Shown here: piece after piece, positions 24,635-34,884 of the stretch
How the letters are laid out: each line of letters starts with the position of its first letter
Position numbering within the stretch: position 1 is the first letter of the stretch
Source of the DNA: Escherichia coli
Lineage (GTDB): Bacteria > Pseudomonadota > Gammaproteobacteria > Enterobacterales > Enterobacteriaceae
Assembly (NCBI RefSeq): GCF_003334785.1
Contig: NZ_QOWV01000012.1
Length of the DNA stretch: 64,000 bases
Direction: 5' to 3' (one strand)
The notes under the pieces: model-generated
What the model was told of the DNA's origin: nothing
Database searches by the model: none
Seen by the model: only the letters and a program-made list of their open reading frames with translations
Made by a program: the position numbers and the translations under genes

Positions 24635-26785
24635 TTAGTGGTGCGAAGAGATCTTCACGCCGCCTTCCGGGATTGGAACGTACGGTGTTTCTTTGTCAGT
24701 ACGTTTGTCGCTGTTACGCACCTTCAGCCAGGTTTTGAAACCGTAGAAGATGATGCTGTACACCACAATCAGGAACAGAATACTCAGGCCCGCGTTGGTG
24801 TAGTTGTTCACAACAATGTGGTTCATGTTGGCAATCTGCTGCGCCGTCAGGTCAGTACCGTTAGCAATCTTCTCTTTGTACTGGCTTGCCATGTAGAAGA
24901 AGCCTTCCATCTGTGGGTTGGTGCTGAACAGTTTCAGACCCAGTGCCCAGGTGGTGCAGATAAGCAGCCATACAGCCGGAACAACGGTAACCCAGATGTA
25001 TTGGGTGCGCTTCATCTTAATCAGCACAACGGTGCCCAGTACCAGCGCCACGGCTGCCAGCATCTGGTTGGAGATACCGAACAGCGGCCACAGGCTCTTA
25101 ACGCCGCCCAGCGGATCGACCACGCCCTGATACAGCAGGTAGCCCCACAGACCCACACAGCCCGCAGTACCGATGATACCGGCAACCAGAGAGTCGGTTT
25201 TTTTCAGGAACGGGATGAAGTTACCCAGCAGGTCTTGCAGCATAAAGCGGCCAGAACGGGTACCCGCATCCAGCGCGGTCAGGATGAACAGGGCTTCGAA
25301 CAGAATACCGAAGTGATACCAGAAGCCCATGTCAGCCATCGGCAGCACTTTGTGGAACACATGAGCGATACCTACCGCCAGCGTCGGCGCACCACCTGCA
25401 CGGTTCAGGACAGAAGGCTCACCAATGTCTTTCGCGGTTTGCAGGATCTGCTCTGGCGAAATCACGAAGCCCCAGGAGCTGACGGTTGCCGCCGCGTGTG
25501 CGGTAACGTCTTTCAGCTGCGCCATGATGATCGGCGCGTTCTCGCCACCCATTTCATGCAGGTTAGGCATGGTGATGCCAAGGCCAGCAGGCGGGGTATT
25601 CATCGCGAAGTAAAGACCCGGTTCGATGATGGACGCAGCAACCAGCGCCATAATCGCCACGAAGGACTCCATCAGCATTGCGCCGTAGCCAATGAAACGC
25701 GCGTCGGTTTCATTAGCCAGCAGTTTCGGCGTCGTACCGGAAGAGATCAGCGCGTGGAAGCCAGATACCGCACCACAGGCGATGGTGATGAACAGGAACG
25801 GGAACAGAGCGCCTTTCCACAGCGGGCCAGTACCGTCAATGTACTGGGTCATCGCAGGCATTTTCAGTTCCGGGTTCAGCACCACGATACCCAGCGCCAG
25901 GCCGACGATAACGCCGATTTTCAGGAAGGTTGCCAGATAGTCGCGCGGTGCGAGGATCAGCCACACCGGCAGCAGTGCGGAAACAAACGCATAGCCAATC
26001 AGCGCGAAGGTAATGGTGGTGTCTTTAAAGGTCAGTGCCGGACCCCAGTACGGATCGTGAGCAATCACGCCACCGAAGTAGATAGAGGCAACCAGCAGCA
26101 CGATACCAATGACAGAGACTTCACCCACACGCCCCGGACGGATAAAGCGCATGTAGATACCCATAAACAGCGCAATCGGTACGGTTGAGCAAACGGTGAA
26201 AACACCCCACGGGCTTTCGGCCAGGGCTTTAACCACAATCAGCGCCAGGACGGCAAGGATGATGATCATGATTAAGAAACAGCCAAACAGCGCGATAGTC
26301 CCCGGTACTGGTCCCATCTCTTCTTTGATCATCTCACCGAGAGATGCGCCGTTACGGCGAGAGGAGATAAACAGCACCATAAAGTCCTGTACCGCACCGG
26401 CCAGTACTACCCCCGCCAGCAGCCACAGCGTGCCAGGTAGGTAGCCCATCTGCGCGGCGAGAACCGGACCAACCAGCGGACCAGCACCGGCGATAGCGGC
26501 GAAGTGGTGACCAAACAACACGTAACGGTTGGTCGGAACGTAGTTCAGACCGTCGTTGTTAATAACCGCAGGCGTCGCGCGCGTGGGGTCGAGTTTCATC
26601 ACCTTCTGGGCGATGTACAAACTGTAGTAGCGATACGCCACCAGATACACCGACACAGAGGCGACCACGATCCACAGGGCGCTGACGTGCTCCCCCCGAC
26701 GTAATGCAACTACCGCGAGGCAGAATGCACCGATGATTCCGAGAATCACCCAGGGTATGTGCTTGAATAGTTTTTTCGTATCCAT
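24635..26785 (-). CDS. btsT: CstA-family pyruvate/H+ symporter BtsT (YjiY)
   Basis: ORF 24635-26800; ATG at 26785 gives 716 aa starting MDTKKLFKHIPWVILGIIGAFCLA; polytopic membrane protein. Confidence 0.9.
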   Translation of the reverse strand: MDTKKLFKHIPWVILGIIGAFCLAVVALRRGEHVSALWIVVASVSVYLVAYRYYSLYIAQKVMKLDPTRATPAVINNDGLNYVPTNRYVLFGHHFAAIAGAGPLVGPVLAAQMGYLPGTLWLLAGVVLAGAVQDFMVLFISSRRNGASLGEMIKEEMGPVPGTIALFGCFLIMIIILAVLALIVVKALAESPWGVFTVCSTVPIALFMGIYMRFIRPGRVGEVSVIGIVLLVASIYFGGVIAHDPYWGPALTFKDTTITFALIGYAFVSALLPVWLILAPRDYLATFLKIGVIVGLALGIVVLNPELKMPAMTQYIDGTGPLWKGALFPFLFITIACGAVSGFHALISSGTTPKLLANETDARFIGYGAMLMESFVAIMALVAASIIEPGLYFAMNTPPAGLGITMPNLHEMGGENAPIIMAQLKDVTAHAAATVSSWGFVISPEQILQTAKDIGEPSVLNRAGGAPTLAVGIAHVFHKVLPMADMGFWYHFGILFEALFILTALDAGTRSGRFMLQDLLGNFIPFLKKTDSLVAGIIGTAGCVGLWGYLLYQGVVDPLGGVKSLWPLFGISNQMLAAVALVLGTVVLIKMKRTQYIWVTVVPAVWLLICTTWALGLKLFSTNPQMEGFFYMASQYKEKIANGTDLTAQQIANMNHIVVNNYTNAGLSILFLIVVYSIIFYGFKTWLKVRNSDKRTDKETPYVPIPEGGVKISSHH

Positions 26786-26842
26786 AGTAAAACCTGGCAT
26801 TTTACTCGTCGTCTTTTGGCTTACAGGTGCGGCAGCTGCGTT

Positions 26843-26897
26843 CGTTCACCTCTGACACTTACTGTTGTAAGCTCCCGGGGATTCACTCACTTGCTGC
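26843..26897. repeat. Partial ERIC/IRU-like element, inverted relative to the copy at 18648-18752
   Basis: Reverse complement (ggcagcaagtgagtgaatccccgggagcttacaacagtaagtgtcagaggtgaacgaacgcagc) aligns with the ERIC copy at 18655-18715. Confidence 0.5.
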
Positions 26898-27135
26898 CTT
26901 CCTGCAAACCAAAATCCATAGAGTAATTTGTTAATCATAGGCCGAAGCCGTTCTAGGTTTGCGTTGCGTTTGAGGAGGTAAATTGACCGCTATCCTGCAG
27001 TGATGTTGCCAGAGATACGCGCGCGTAAAGTAAGGTAAATAACTGAGTGGTTATTTTAGGGATGTAAGCGGTCAGGAATGGCGGTGAGCGGTTGGGCAAG
27101 AATTATTCATCGGGTGGATATGTGATTGAGATCAC

Positions 27136-27171
27136 AATAAAAATGCCCCTTCGACGAATGCGTGAAGGGGC
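27136..27171 (-). terminator. Rho-independent terminator downstream of hpaC
   Basis: Minus strand: gccccttcacgcattcgtcgaaggggc hairpin followed by attttt, a few nt after the hpaC stop. Confidence 0.55.
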
Positions 27172-27177
27172 TGGAGC

Positions 27178-27690
27178 TTAAATCGCAGCTTCCATTTCCA
27201 GCATCACCGGATGGAAACGGCGTTTAAAGTAGATAAGTCCGTGACCTTCTGCACTGAGGATGATGTTTTTAATCTCCACCAGATACACCAGATGTGTGCC
27301 AATTGCCTGCACATCGCGGATCTCACCTTCAAGACTGGCCAGCGAACCTTTTAGCACCGGCTGCGCCAGCGGACCTTTTTGCCAGCATGAGAGGCTAAAA
27401 CGCTCTTCCATCGCCATGCCTGTCATGCCCGCGAAGTGGCGTGCCATCAGTTCCTGCTCATGGTTGAGGACGTTGACGCACAACTTGCCGTTGCCCTGAA
27501 AAACCGGGTTCATCGCACTGTTGGCGTTAATGCACACCATCAGCGACGGTGGTGTATCCGTGACCGAGCAGACAGCCGTTGCCGTAATCCCGCATTGTCC
27601 GGTGTCGCCCTCGGTGGTGATAATATTTACCGCTGCCGACAGGCTGGCCATCGCGTCACGAAAGCGCAGGCGTTGTTCATCTAATTGCAT
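27178..27690 (-). CDS. hpaC: 4-hydroxyphenylacetate 3-monooxygenase reductase component (flavin:NADH oxidoreductase)
   Basis: 170 aa, flavin-reductase-like; directly downstream of hpaB. Confidence 0.9.
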   Translation of the reverse strand: MQLDEQRLRFRDAMASLSAAVNIITTEGDTGQCGITATAVCSVTDTPPSLMVCINANSAMNPVFQGNGKLCVNVLNHEQELMARHFAGMTGMAMEERFSLSCWQKGPLAQPVLKGSLASLEGEIRDVQAIGTHLVYLVEIKNIILSAEGHGLIYFKRRFHPVMLEMEAAI

Positions 27691-27707
27691 CTTAACCTCC
27701 TGCTGCG

Positions 27708-29270
27708 TTATTTCAGCAGCTTATCCAGCATGTTGATATCGTCGTTGTTGTGCAGGTGCGGCACAGTCCAGCCGTTCTGGTCGTATTCCGACAGGCAGCG
27801 ATCAACCATCGCCATCATCTTGTCCATATTGCCGGAGCTTTGTGCCTGGCGCAGACACTGCAGGCGAATCTCATCCTGGCTACCGGAGTAGTTGATTTCA
27901 TACAGTTCGTGGCGACCACCAAACTCGCTGCCAATGGCGTCCCACATCAGTTTGAGGATCTTGATGCGCTGGACGTGATCCATACCATTCGAACCGCGCA
28001 CATACTTCGCCAGATACTGGTCGATCTGCGGATTGTTCAGGTCACGGGCACTGGAAGGGAGGTAGATCAGGCCACTGGTAACGTTGCGTTCGATAATGTT
28101 TTTGATCTTCGCGTAGGCCATTGGTGCCAGTACGCGATAGGTTTGCAGTGCGGCATGATCCGGTAAATAAGCCCCGTTGACCCACGGCGTCGCTTCAGAA
28201 CACATCGAGTCACTCAATGCCCAGAAGGTGTTGCGCCACGCCACCACTTCACCGAGATCGGCCTGCACACCACGGAACTCCAGGGTGCCGGTACATTCGA
28301 GTGATTTTTTCAGCAGTGCCGTAATGAAGTCGAGTTTCACTGCCAGGCGCACACAGGCTTGCAGCGGATACATACGGGCAAAACCGCCTTCCATCGTCCA
28401 GCGACGGCAGCGATCAAAATCGCGGTAGATCAGCACGTTTTCCCATGGGATCAGCACGTTATCCATCACCAGAATCGCATCATTCTCATCGAAGCGGCTG
28501 GAGAGCGGGTAGTCATACGGTGAGCCGGTAGCACCCGCGACCATCTCATAAGAGGCGCGGGAGATTAATTTCACGCCATCAGCATCCATTGGCGCAACGA
28601 ACATCAGCGCGAAGTCCGGGTTTTCGCCCATTACTTGTGCCGAGCCGAAGCCAACCATGTTGTAGTGAGTCAGCGCCGAGTTGGTGGCAACCACTTTCGC
28701 ACCGCTAACGATAATCCCGGCGTCAGTCTCTTTTTCCAGCTTGATGTAAACGTCTTTCACTTTATCGGTCGGCAAATGACGATCGATCGGTGGGTTAACA
28801 ATCGCGTGGTTAAAGTAGAGGCCAGTTTCCTGAATACGGGTATACCAGTTACGGGCGTTCTGCTCGAACTGACCGTAAAAGCCCGGATTCGCGCCCAGTG
28901 CGCAACCGAAAGCAGCTTTGTAGTCTGGGGTACGGCCCATCCAGCCATAGCTCAGGCGTGACCACTCAGCGATGGCGTCGCGTTGCTGGCGCAGGTCGTC
29001 GGCACTTTTCGCCACGCGGAAGAATTTATGGGTATAGCCGCCGCTGCCGGTGTCGGTGTTCCAACACAGAGAGTCCTGCATCTCCGGTTTGTGCAGCGCG
29101 TCGTACAGTTGGGCAACAGACGCTGCCGCATTACGAAATGCCGGATGAGTAGTGACGTCTTTCACTCGCTCGCCATAGATATAGATCTCGCGACCATCCT
29201 GCAGGCTTTTCAGATACTCTTCCCCGGTGAACGGACGTTGGGTACTGGCGCGGAAATCTTCTGGTTTCAT
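27708..29270 (-). CDS. hpaB: 4-hydroxyphenylacetate 3-monooxygenase oxygenase component
   Basis: 520 aa, MKPEDFRASTQRPFTGEEYLKSLQDGREIYIYGERVKDVTTHPAFRNAAASV..., two-component flavin-dependent monooxygenase. Confidence 0.9.
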   Translation of the reverse strand: MKPEDFRASTQRPFTGEEYLKSLQDGREIYIYGERVKDVTTHPAFRNAAASVAQLYDALHKPEMQDSLCWNTDTGSGGYTHKFFRVAKSADDLRQQRDAIAEWSRLSYGWMGRTPDYKAAFGCALGANPGFYGQFEQNARNWYTRIQETGLYFNHAIVNPPIDRHLPTDKVKDVYIKLEKETDAGIIVSGAKVVATNSALTHYNMVGFGSAQVMGENPDFALMFVAPMDADGVKLISRASYEMVAGATGSPYDYPLSSRFDENDAILVMDNVLIPWENVLIYRDFDRCRRWTMEGGFARMYPLQACVRLAVKLDFITALLKKSLECTGTLEFRGVQADLGEVVAWRNTFWALSDSMCSEATPWVNGAYLPDHAALQTYRVLAPMAYAKIKNIIERNVTSGLIYLPSSARDLNNPQIDQYLAKYVRGSNGMDHVQRIKILKLMWDAIGSEFGGRHELYEINYSGSQDEIRLQCLRQAQSSGNMDKMMAMVDRCLSEYDQNGWTVPHLHNNDDINMLDKLLK

Positions 29271-29520
29271 GTCGACCTCTACAGTATTAATCGGAATACG
29301 ATTGTTAATTTTGTGTGTTGTTTTTGTTATTCAATTGAAGCTTGCAGGGGCGATTACGGGAAGAGACTTTTGGGACAATGGCTGGTACTTTTCAGGTCGG
29401 GTACGGTTTTGTGATCGAGGTCGCTTTTAGCGATTTTTGACGTTACTAAATCCCCTTGCTCCAGGCGGAGAAAGGGGAATAGCAGGTGGTGCCTGGTTTC
29501 CCGTTAAGGCTAAGGGATTT

Positions 29521-30411
29521 TCACGTCACAGGTACTTTTTTGGCACGATAAGCACTGGGCGAGCAACCGACTAAGCGATAAAAAAAGCGCGCAAAATAAG
29601 CCGGATCCTTAAAACCGAGTTGCCAGGCAATATTGTTCACGGCGTTATCAGAAAACAGCAGCAGCCGCTTGGCTTCTCGCAGCTGCCTGTCGAAAATCAA
29701 CCGTTTTGGCGGACGGTTGGCAAAGCGACGGCAGATGTCCGTGAGTCGTGATTCGGTGATATGCAGTTCGTTAGCGTAATCCGGTACTGTCCAGTGCTGA
29801 TGAAAATGGCTTTCAATCAGCATATGAAAACGCTGGAACAGTTTTAATTCTCCGCGCATCCCGCTGGCGGCATGGTCGTCGAGTTTTGCGTTACGCAGCA
29901 GTAGGGTGAACACTGCCTGTGCCAGGAGCGTCAGGGTGTGTTCCCGTCCAGGCAGTTGTTCCACCGATTCCCGCTCTATCAGTTGCCAATAGTGTTCCAG
30001 CGCCGCCAGTTCGTCGGGTTTATCTGCCAGTGACAGGCAAATCCCCGGCAGGCCGAAGGTTTCCCGAGTGCCCGGATACAGAACTTCCAGCAGGGGCCAG
30101 ATCAGATCTTCCCGTACCGTCAACACATGACCGTCGGCGTCAGACTCCGTAATAAACGCATGAGGTACTGACGGCGGCGTCAGGACAAACAGGGGCGCTT
30201 CCACCGAGTAGCGATGATCGTCAAGCTGTAGCTCAATCTGTCCGCTATTGAGGAAATGCATCTGAAAGTACTGTTCGTGGCGATGTGGCAGCATATGGCG
30301 GCCAAAAAATGCCGCCATGCGGGCGAACGACTGATAATGCACATCGTCCGTACCCAGGCTTTCATCGTACTCTTTGCTGATATCAATATTGGCAATCTGA
30401 CGGTCACGCAT
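29521..30411 (-). CDS. hpaA: AraC/XylS-family activator of hpaBC
   Basis: 296 aa with C-terminal AraC-type HTH; upstream of hpaBC. Confidence 0.85.
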   Translation of the reverse strand: MRDRQIANIDISKEYDESLGTDDVHYQSFARMAAFFGRHMLPHRHEQYFQMHFLNSGQIELQLDDHRYSVEAPLFVLTPPSVPHAFITESDADGHVLTVREDLIWPLLEVLYPGTRETFGLPGICLSLADKPDELAALEHYWQLIERESVEQLPGREHTLTLLAQAVFTLLLRNAKLDDHAASGMRGELKLFQRFHMLIESHFHQHWTVPDYANELHITESRLTDICRRFANRPPKRLIFDRQLREAKRLLLFSDNAVNNIAWQLGFKDPAYFARFFYRLVGCSPSAYRAKKVPVT

Positions 30412-30420
30412 CGTCGTTCC

Positions 30421-31797
30421 TTACGGGGTCGCTCGCGGACGGGAGGACTGCATTGGAATCGCCCAGATAATCCCCGCACCAATCACCAGCAGCGCGGCAA
30501 CAAACCACAATCCACTGTTAAAGCTGCCGGTCAGATCTTTCAACCAGCCGATCATAAACGGACTTAATGCTGAACCAATGTTGCCAGTGGCGTTGATCAC
30601 CGCAATACCGATCGCTCGTGCCCGCAGGCTGATGGACTGATCCGGTGTTGTCCAGAAAATCGCCATTGCGCTGAATGATCCTGTCGAAGCCATAATGATC
30701 CCCAGCATCTGGATCATGTTGTGATCAGTTGCCGAAGCCAGTAACCAACCAGCGGCAGCGAACAAATAAGGAAGGGCGGTGTGATGCCTTCGTTCCTGGC
30801 GGTGATCTGAGTGACGGCTCCAGTAAATCATCCCGAGAATGGTACAAATCTGCGGTACGGCGGCCAGCAGGCCGATGGTGATATTACTGCTGCCCTGATT
30901 AAAGCTTTGCAGGATCTGCGGTGTCCAGATGCTGATCGCACTAAGTGTGTTGGTCAGGCAGAAATACGCCAGGGTATACATCATCACCACCGGAGTGAAG
31001 ATCTCCCGCCACATGCTGCGTTGTTGCATGGCGTGGTGGCTGATGGCTCCCTCTGGCTGAACCAGCGTCAGACGATCGTTATCCATCATCTCTTGCAGGC
31101 ATTTTTTGTCTTCTTTCGTCAGCCACTTAGCTTTGTCCGGTGAGTCATCAAGCCAGAACCACACCATGATGCCGAGTAATACCGACGGGAAGCCTTCCAG
31201 CAAAAACAGCCACTGCCAGCCTTTTAATGCCATTACGCCATCCAGCGACAAAATGTAGCCGGAAACGATCGATCCCAACGCTGTCGTTACCGGCATTGCC
31301 ACCATAAACAAGGCGTTGGCACGGGCGCGGAAATAGGCCGGAAACCAGAAGGTTAAATACAGCAGAATGCCAGGCAGAAAGCCGGCTTCGGTAATGCCAA
31401 CCAGTATACGCAGTACGTACAAGCTGGTGGGGCCAGTGGCAAACATGGTGGCAGTAGAGGCGATGCCCCAAAGCACCATGATGGTGGCGATCCAGCGCCG
31501 CGCACCGACAATACTCAGCATAATGTTGCTGGGAATGCCGAAGATGACATAAGCGGCGTAGAACAGGGTGGTGGCGAGGCCAAACATGGTGGCGCTCAGA
31601 CCGAGGTCGCGTCCCATCGTGAGTCCGGCAAAGCCGATGTTGATGCGATCAAGGAACGAGAAGATAAACAGCACGAACAGAAAGACGATCAGGCGGCGAA
31701 ACAGCTTCTTAATAACCGCCTGTTGTCCGGCAGTCAGCGCTTTATGCTGATTCGCCGGATCGATACTCTCCGGTATGGCAGGTGAGGTGTCGCTCAT
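30421..31797 (-). CDS. hpaX: 4-hydroxyphenylacetate MFS permease
   Basis: ORF 30421-31857; ATG at 31797 gives 458 aa starting MSDTSPAIPESIDP; 12-TM MFS pattern. Confidence 0.85.
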   Translation of the reverse strand: MSDTSPAIPESIDPANQHKALTAGQQAVIKKLFRRLIVFLFVLFIFSFLDRINIGFAGLTMGRDLGLSATMFGLATTLFYAAYVIFGIPSNIMLSIVGARRWIATIMVLWGIASTATMFATGPTSLYVLRILVGITEAGFLPGILLYLTFWFPAYFRARANALFMVAMPVTTALGSIVSGYILSLDGVMALKGWQWLFLLEGFPSVLLGIMVWFWLDDSPDKAKWLTKEDKKCLQEMMDNDRLTLVQPEGAISHHAMQQRSMWREIFTPVVMMYTLAYFCLTNTLSAISIWTPQILQSFNQGSSNITIGLLAAVPQICTILGMIYWSRHSDHRQERRHHTALPYLFAAAGWLLASATDHNMIQMLGIIMASTGSFSAMAIFWTTPDQSISLRARAIGIAVINATGNIGSALSPFMIGWLKDLTGSFNSGLWFVAALLVIGAGIIWAIPMQSSRPRATP

Positions 31798-31857
31798 TTT
31801 TCTTCCTCTAATGGGATTTTTGTAGGGTACGACAAGGTTTATGGCGGATGCGCACAA

Positions 31858-31970
<113 letters not shown>

Positions 31971-31971
31971 A

Positions 31972-32760
31972 TTAATACACGTCGGGCTTAATCGCTGTAG
32001 CCTGCGCACCAAACCGTGCTGCCAGCGCTTCGGCGGCGCGGGCGAGCAGGGTGGTGTCAACGCCGACGGCGACAAACAGCGCGCCCAGTTCCAGATAGCG
32101 TTTTGCCAGTTGCTCATTGGCGATCAGGATCCCCGGCGCTTTGCCCGCTTCGCGGATCTGCACGATCGCCTGCTCAATCGCGGCCTGTACTTCCGGGTGC
32201 TGAGGATTACCGGCATAACCCATATCGGCGCTCAGATCCGCCGGGCCGATAAACACGCCGTCGACCCCTTCCACGTCCAGAATCTGCGGTAAGTTCTTCA
32301 TTGCCTCACGCGTTTCGATCTGCACCAGCACGCACATTTGATCGTTGGCTTTTTGCAGGTAATCAGGAATACGATTCCAGCGCGAGGCTCGGGCCAGCGC
32401 ACTGCCCACACCGCGAATACCGGCGGGGGGATAACGGGTGGCGCGTACCGCTTCACGGGCTTCGTCAGCGTTTTGAACCATCGGCACCAGTAAGGTTTGT
32501 GTGCCGACATCCAGCAGTTGTTTGATTTGCACCGGATCGTTCCACGACGGACGTACCACCGGCTGGCTGGGGTAGGGCGCAATCGCCTGTAGCTGGGTGA
32601 GCACGGTTTGCACGTTATTCGGCGCGTGCTCACCGTCGATCAATAACCAGTCGAATCCTGCTCCGGCCAGTAACTCTGCGCTGTAGCTGCTACTTAGCCC
32701 CAGCCATAATCCGATCTGCGGGCGGCCTGCTTTCAGCGCCGCTTTAAAACTGTTTTCCAT
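31972..32760 (-). CDS. hpaI: 4-hydroxy-2-oxoheptane-1,7-dioate (HHED) aldolase
   Basis: ORF 31972-32901; ATG at 32760 gives 262 aa starting [26 protein letters not shown] (HpcH/HpaI aldolase family). Confidence 0.85.
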   Translation of the reverse strand: MENSFKAALKAGRPQIGLWLGLSSSYSAELLAGAGFDWLLIDGEHAPNNVQTVLTQLQAIAPYPSQPVVRPSWNDPVQIKQLLDVGTQTLLVPMVQNADEAREAVRATRYPPAGIRGVGSALARASRWNRIPDYLQKANDQMCVLVQIETREAMKNLPQILDVEGVDGVFIGPADLSADMGYAGNPQHPEVQAAIEQAIVQIREAGKAPGILIANEQLAKRYLELGALFVAVGVDTTLLARAAEALAARFGAQATAIKPDVY

Positions 32761-32770
32761 CGTTCTCTCC

Positions 32771-33574
32771 TTAAACAAAGCGGCAGCTAATGGAGCCCAT
32801 GTTGCCGTAATCGACGTGGAAGGTATCGCCCTTACGCGCCGGAACCGGGCGGGTGAACGAACCGCCGAGAATGATTTGCCCGGCTTCCAGTTGTACGTCA
32901 TACGGTGCGAGTTTGTTCGCCAGCCAGGCCACGCCGTTTGCCGGATGATTTAGCACACCAGCGGCGACGCCAGTTTCTTCAATCACGCCATTGCGATACA
33001 TCAGGGCGGAGATCCAACGCAGATCCAGTTCGTCTGGTTTGATCGGACGACCGCCGAGGATCACTCCGGCGTTGGCGGCGTTATCAGAAATGGTGTCGAA
33101 CACTTTGCGCGGGCGCTGGGTTTCCGGATCGATGTTGTGGCAGCGGGCGTCGATCAGCTCCAGCGCCGGGATCACGTAGTCCGTGGCGTTGTAGACGTCG
33201 AACAGCGTGCAGTTTGGCCCACGCAGCGGTTTTGCCAGCACAAAAGCCAGCTCCACTTCAATGCGCGGCACGATAAAGCGATCGGTCGGGATATCGCTGC
33301 CATCGTGGAAGAACATGTCGTCCAGCAATGCACCGTAATCTGGCTCGCTGATTTGTGAGCTGGCCTGCATCGCTTTCGAGGTCAGGCCGATTTTGTGGCC
33401 TTTCAGCGTGCGGCCTTCGGCGATTTTCAGTCGGACCCATTCGCGCTGTACGGCGTAGGCGTCTTCAATGGTGATCTCCGGGTAATCCAGCGAGATCGCG
33501 CGGATCTGTTCACGCTGTTTTTCTGCCTGATCCAGACGCTGGGCGATCAGGGTGTGGGTGTGTTTATCGAACAT
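32771..33574 (-). CDS. hpaH: 2-oxo-hept-4-ene-1,7-dioate hydratase
   Basis: ORF 32771-33592; ATG at 33574 gives 267 aa starting [26 protein letters not shown]. Confidence 0.85.
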   Translation of the reverse strand: MFDKHTHTLIAQRLDQAEKQREQIRAISLDYPEITIEDAYAVQREWVRLKIAEGRTLKGHKIGLTSKAMQASSQISEPDYGALLDDMFFHDGSDIPTDRFIVPRIEVELAFVLAKPLRGPNCTLFDVYNATDYVIPALELIDARCHNIDPETQRPRKVFDTISDNAANAGVILGGRPIKPDELDLRWISALMYRNGVIEETGVAAGVLNHPANGVAWLANKLAPYDVQLEAGQIILGGSFTRPVPARKGDTFHVDYGNMGSISCRFV

Positions 33575-33641
33575 AGCGATATCCTGTGGCATTGCCGGAT
33601 GCGGCTGCGCCTTATCATCCAGCCTGGAAGCTGGTGCAAAT

Positions 33642-34022
33642 TTATTTAAACAACGCGTGTACGTTGTTCTGTTTGAAATTCAACGTCGGGTGCAGCTCTG
33701 CAATCTCAAATGAAAGCGCCAGGTAACGGCTCTCCATCAGTGAGGCGAAGTGCGTTTTAATCAGATCAAACAGCATTTCGCCTACTTCCTGACGGCTTTC
33801 CAGACTGCGCCCGCTGCCGATTTTTAGCGTCATATGCACAAAGGCGTAATCGTGCTTGCCATCAGCCATTTGCCAGGTATCGATCCAGTGTGCCCGGCTA
33901 CGTATTCCCCCAAGCGGAAAAATCCCCGTCGCCGCCAGTGCGGTGTTAACACTGGCAAACAGCTCAGGTAAGCGGGCTTCTTGACGAATATTTTCAGTAC
34001 ATTCCACGATAAAGTGCGGCAT
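33642..34022 (-). CDS. hpaF: 5-carboxymethyl-2-hydroxymuconate isomerase
   Basis: 126 aa, [46 protein letters not shown]. Confidence 0.85.
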   Translation of the reverse strand: MPHFIVECTENIRQEARLPELFASVNTALAATGIFPLGGIRSRAHWIDTWQMADGKHDYAFVHMTLKIGSGRSLESRQEVGEMLFDLIKTHFASLMESRYLALSFEIAELHPTLNFKQNNVHALFK

Positions 34023-34031
34023 GGTTTTTCC

Positions 34032-34883
34032 TTACGCGGGAAGCGGGAAAACAGCGTTAACCTGACCAGTGCCAGAGCTTGGGAACAGCTCGGTAATAAA
34101 CTCCACCTTGCCGTCGTATTTATCCCAGCCGAGCATCCCCAGCAGCATCACCGTGTCGTGCATATTGCCTTCGCCGTAGCAGTAGTCGGCGTACTCCGGC
34201 AGCATATTGCAGAACTCTTTGAACTGGCCTTCGCGCCACAGCTTCACCACGCGCTCGTCCATCTGGCGGTCGAACTCGCGGGTGTAGCTGTTCATCCCTT
34301 CTTCTGCACGCTGATCGTCAATAAAGCGGTGCGATAACGAACCGCTGGCAAGGACCGCCACGGTGCCGTCGTACTGTTCGATCGCTTTCAGAATCGCTTC
34401 GCCCAGCTTGCGGCTGTCGGCAAAATCATGAACGGTACAGAATGCGGAGATGGAGACCACTTTGAAGTGCTTGTCTTCATTCATGTAGCGCATCGGCACC
34501 AGCGTGCCGTATTCCAGTTTCAGGCTGGGAATGTTGTGCGTTTTTGCCCGCACGCCGAGCTTTAAGGCTTCATCGGCAATTAGCTGCCCCAACTCCGGGT
34601 TGCCCTCGTAGTTGTAGGTCATGTCACGAATAAAATGCGGCAGCTCGTTACTGGTGTAGACGCCTTCAAAATGGTCTGCACAGTTGATGTGATAAGCACT
34701 GTTGACCAGCCAGTGGGTATCGAAAACGATAATGGTATCGACGCCCATTTCCCGGCAACGCTTGCTGATCTCTTTATGCCCGTCGATCGCACCCTGGCGG
34801 CAACCGTGGTTTTTCCCAGGCAGCTCAGAGAGATACATCGACGGTACGTGCGTGATCTTGGCGGCTAACGCTAACTTACCCAT
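34032..34883 (-). CDS. hpaD: 3,4-dihydroxyphenylacetate (homoprotocatechuate) 2,3-dioxygenase
   Basis: 283 aa extradiol dioxygenase, MGKLALAAKITHVPSMYLSELPGKNHGCRQGAIDGHKEI. Confidence 0.9.
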   Translation of the reverse strand: MGKLALAAKITHVPSMYLSELPGKNHGCRQGAIDGHKEISKRCREMGVDTIIVFDTHWLVNSAYHINCADHFEGVYTSNELPHFIRDMTYNYEGNPELGQLIADEALKLGVRAKTHNIPSLKLEYGTLVPMRYMNEDKHFKVVSISAFCTVHDFADSRKLGEAILKAIEQYDGTVAVLASGSLSHRFIDDQRAEEGMNSYTREFDRQMDERVVKLWREGQFKEFCNMLPEYADYCYGEGNMHDTVMLLGMLGWDKYDGKVEFITELFPSSGTGQVNAVFPLPA

Positions 34884-34884
34884 A

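Noticed and set aside
24638-26188. 516-aa plus-strand ORF
   Set aside because: Antisense to btsT across a GC-rich membrane-protein gene; Arg/His/Gln-rich low-complexity translation with no recognisable domain. Typical shadow ORF.
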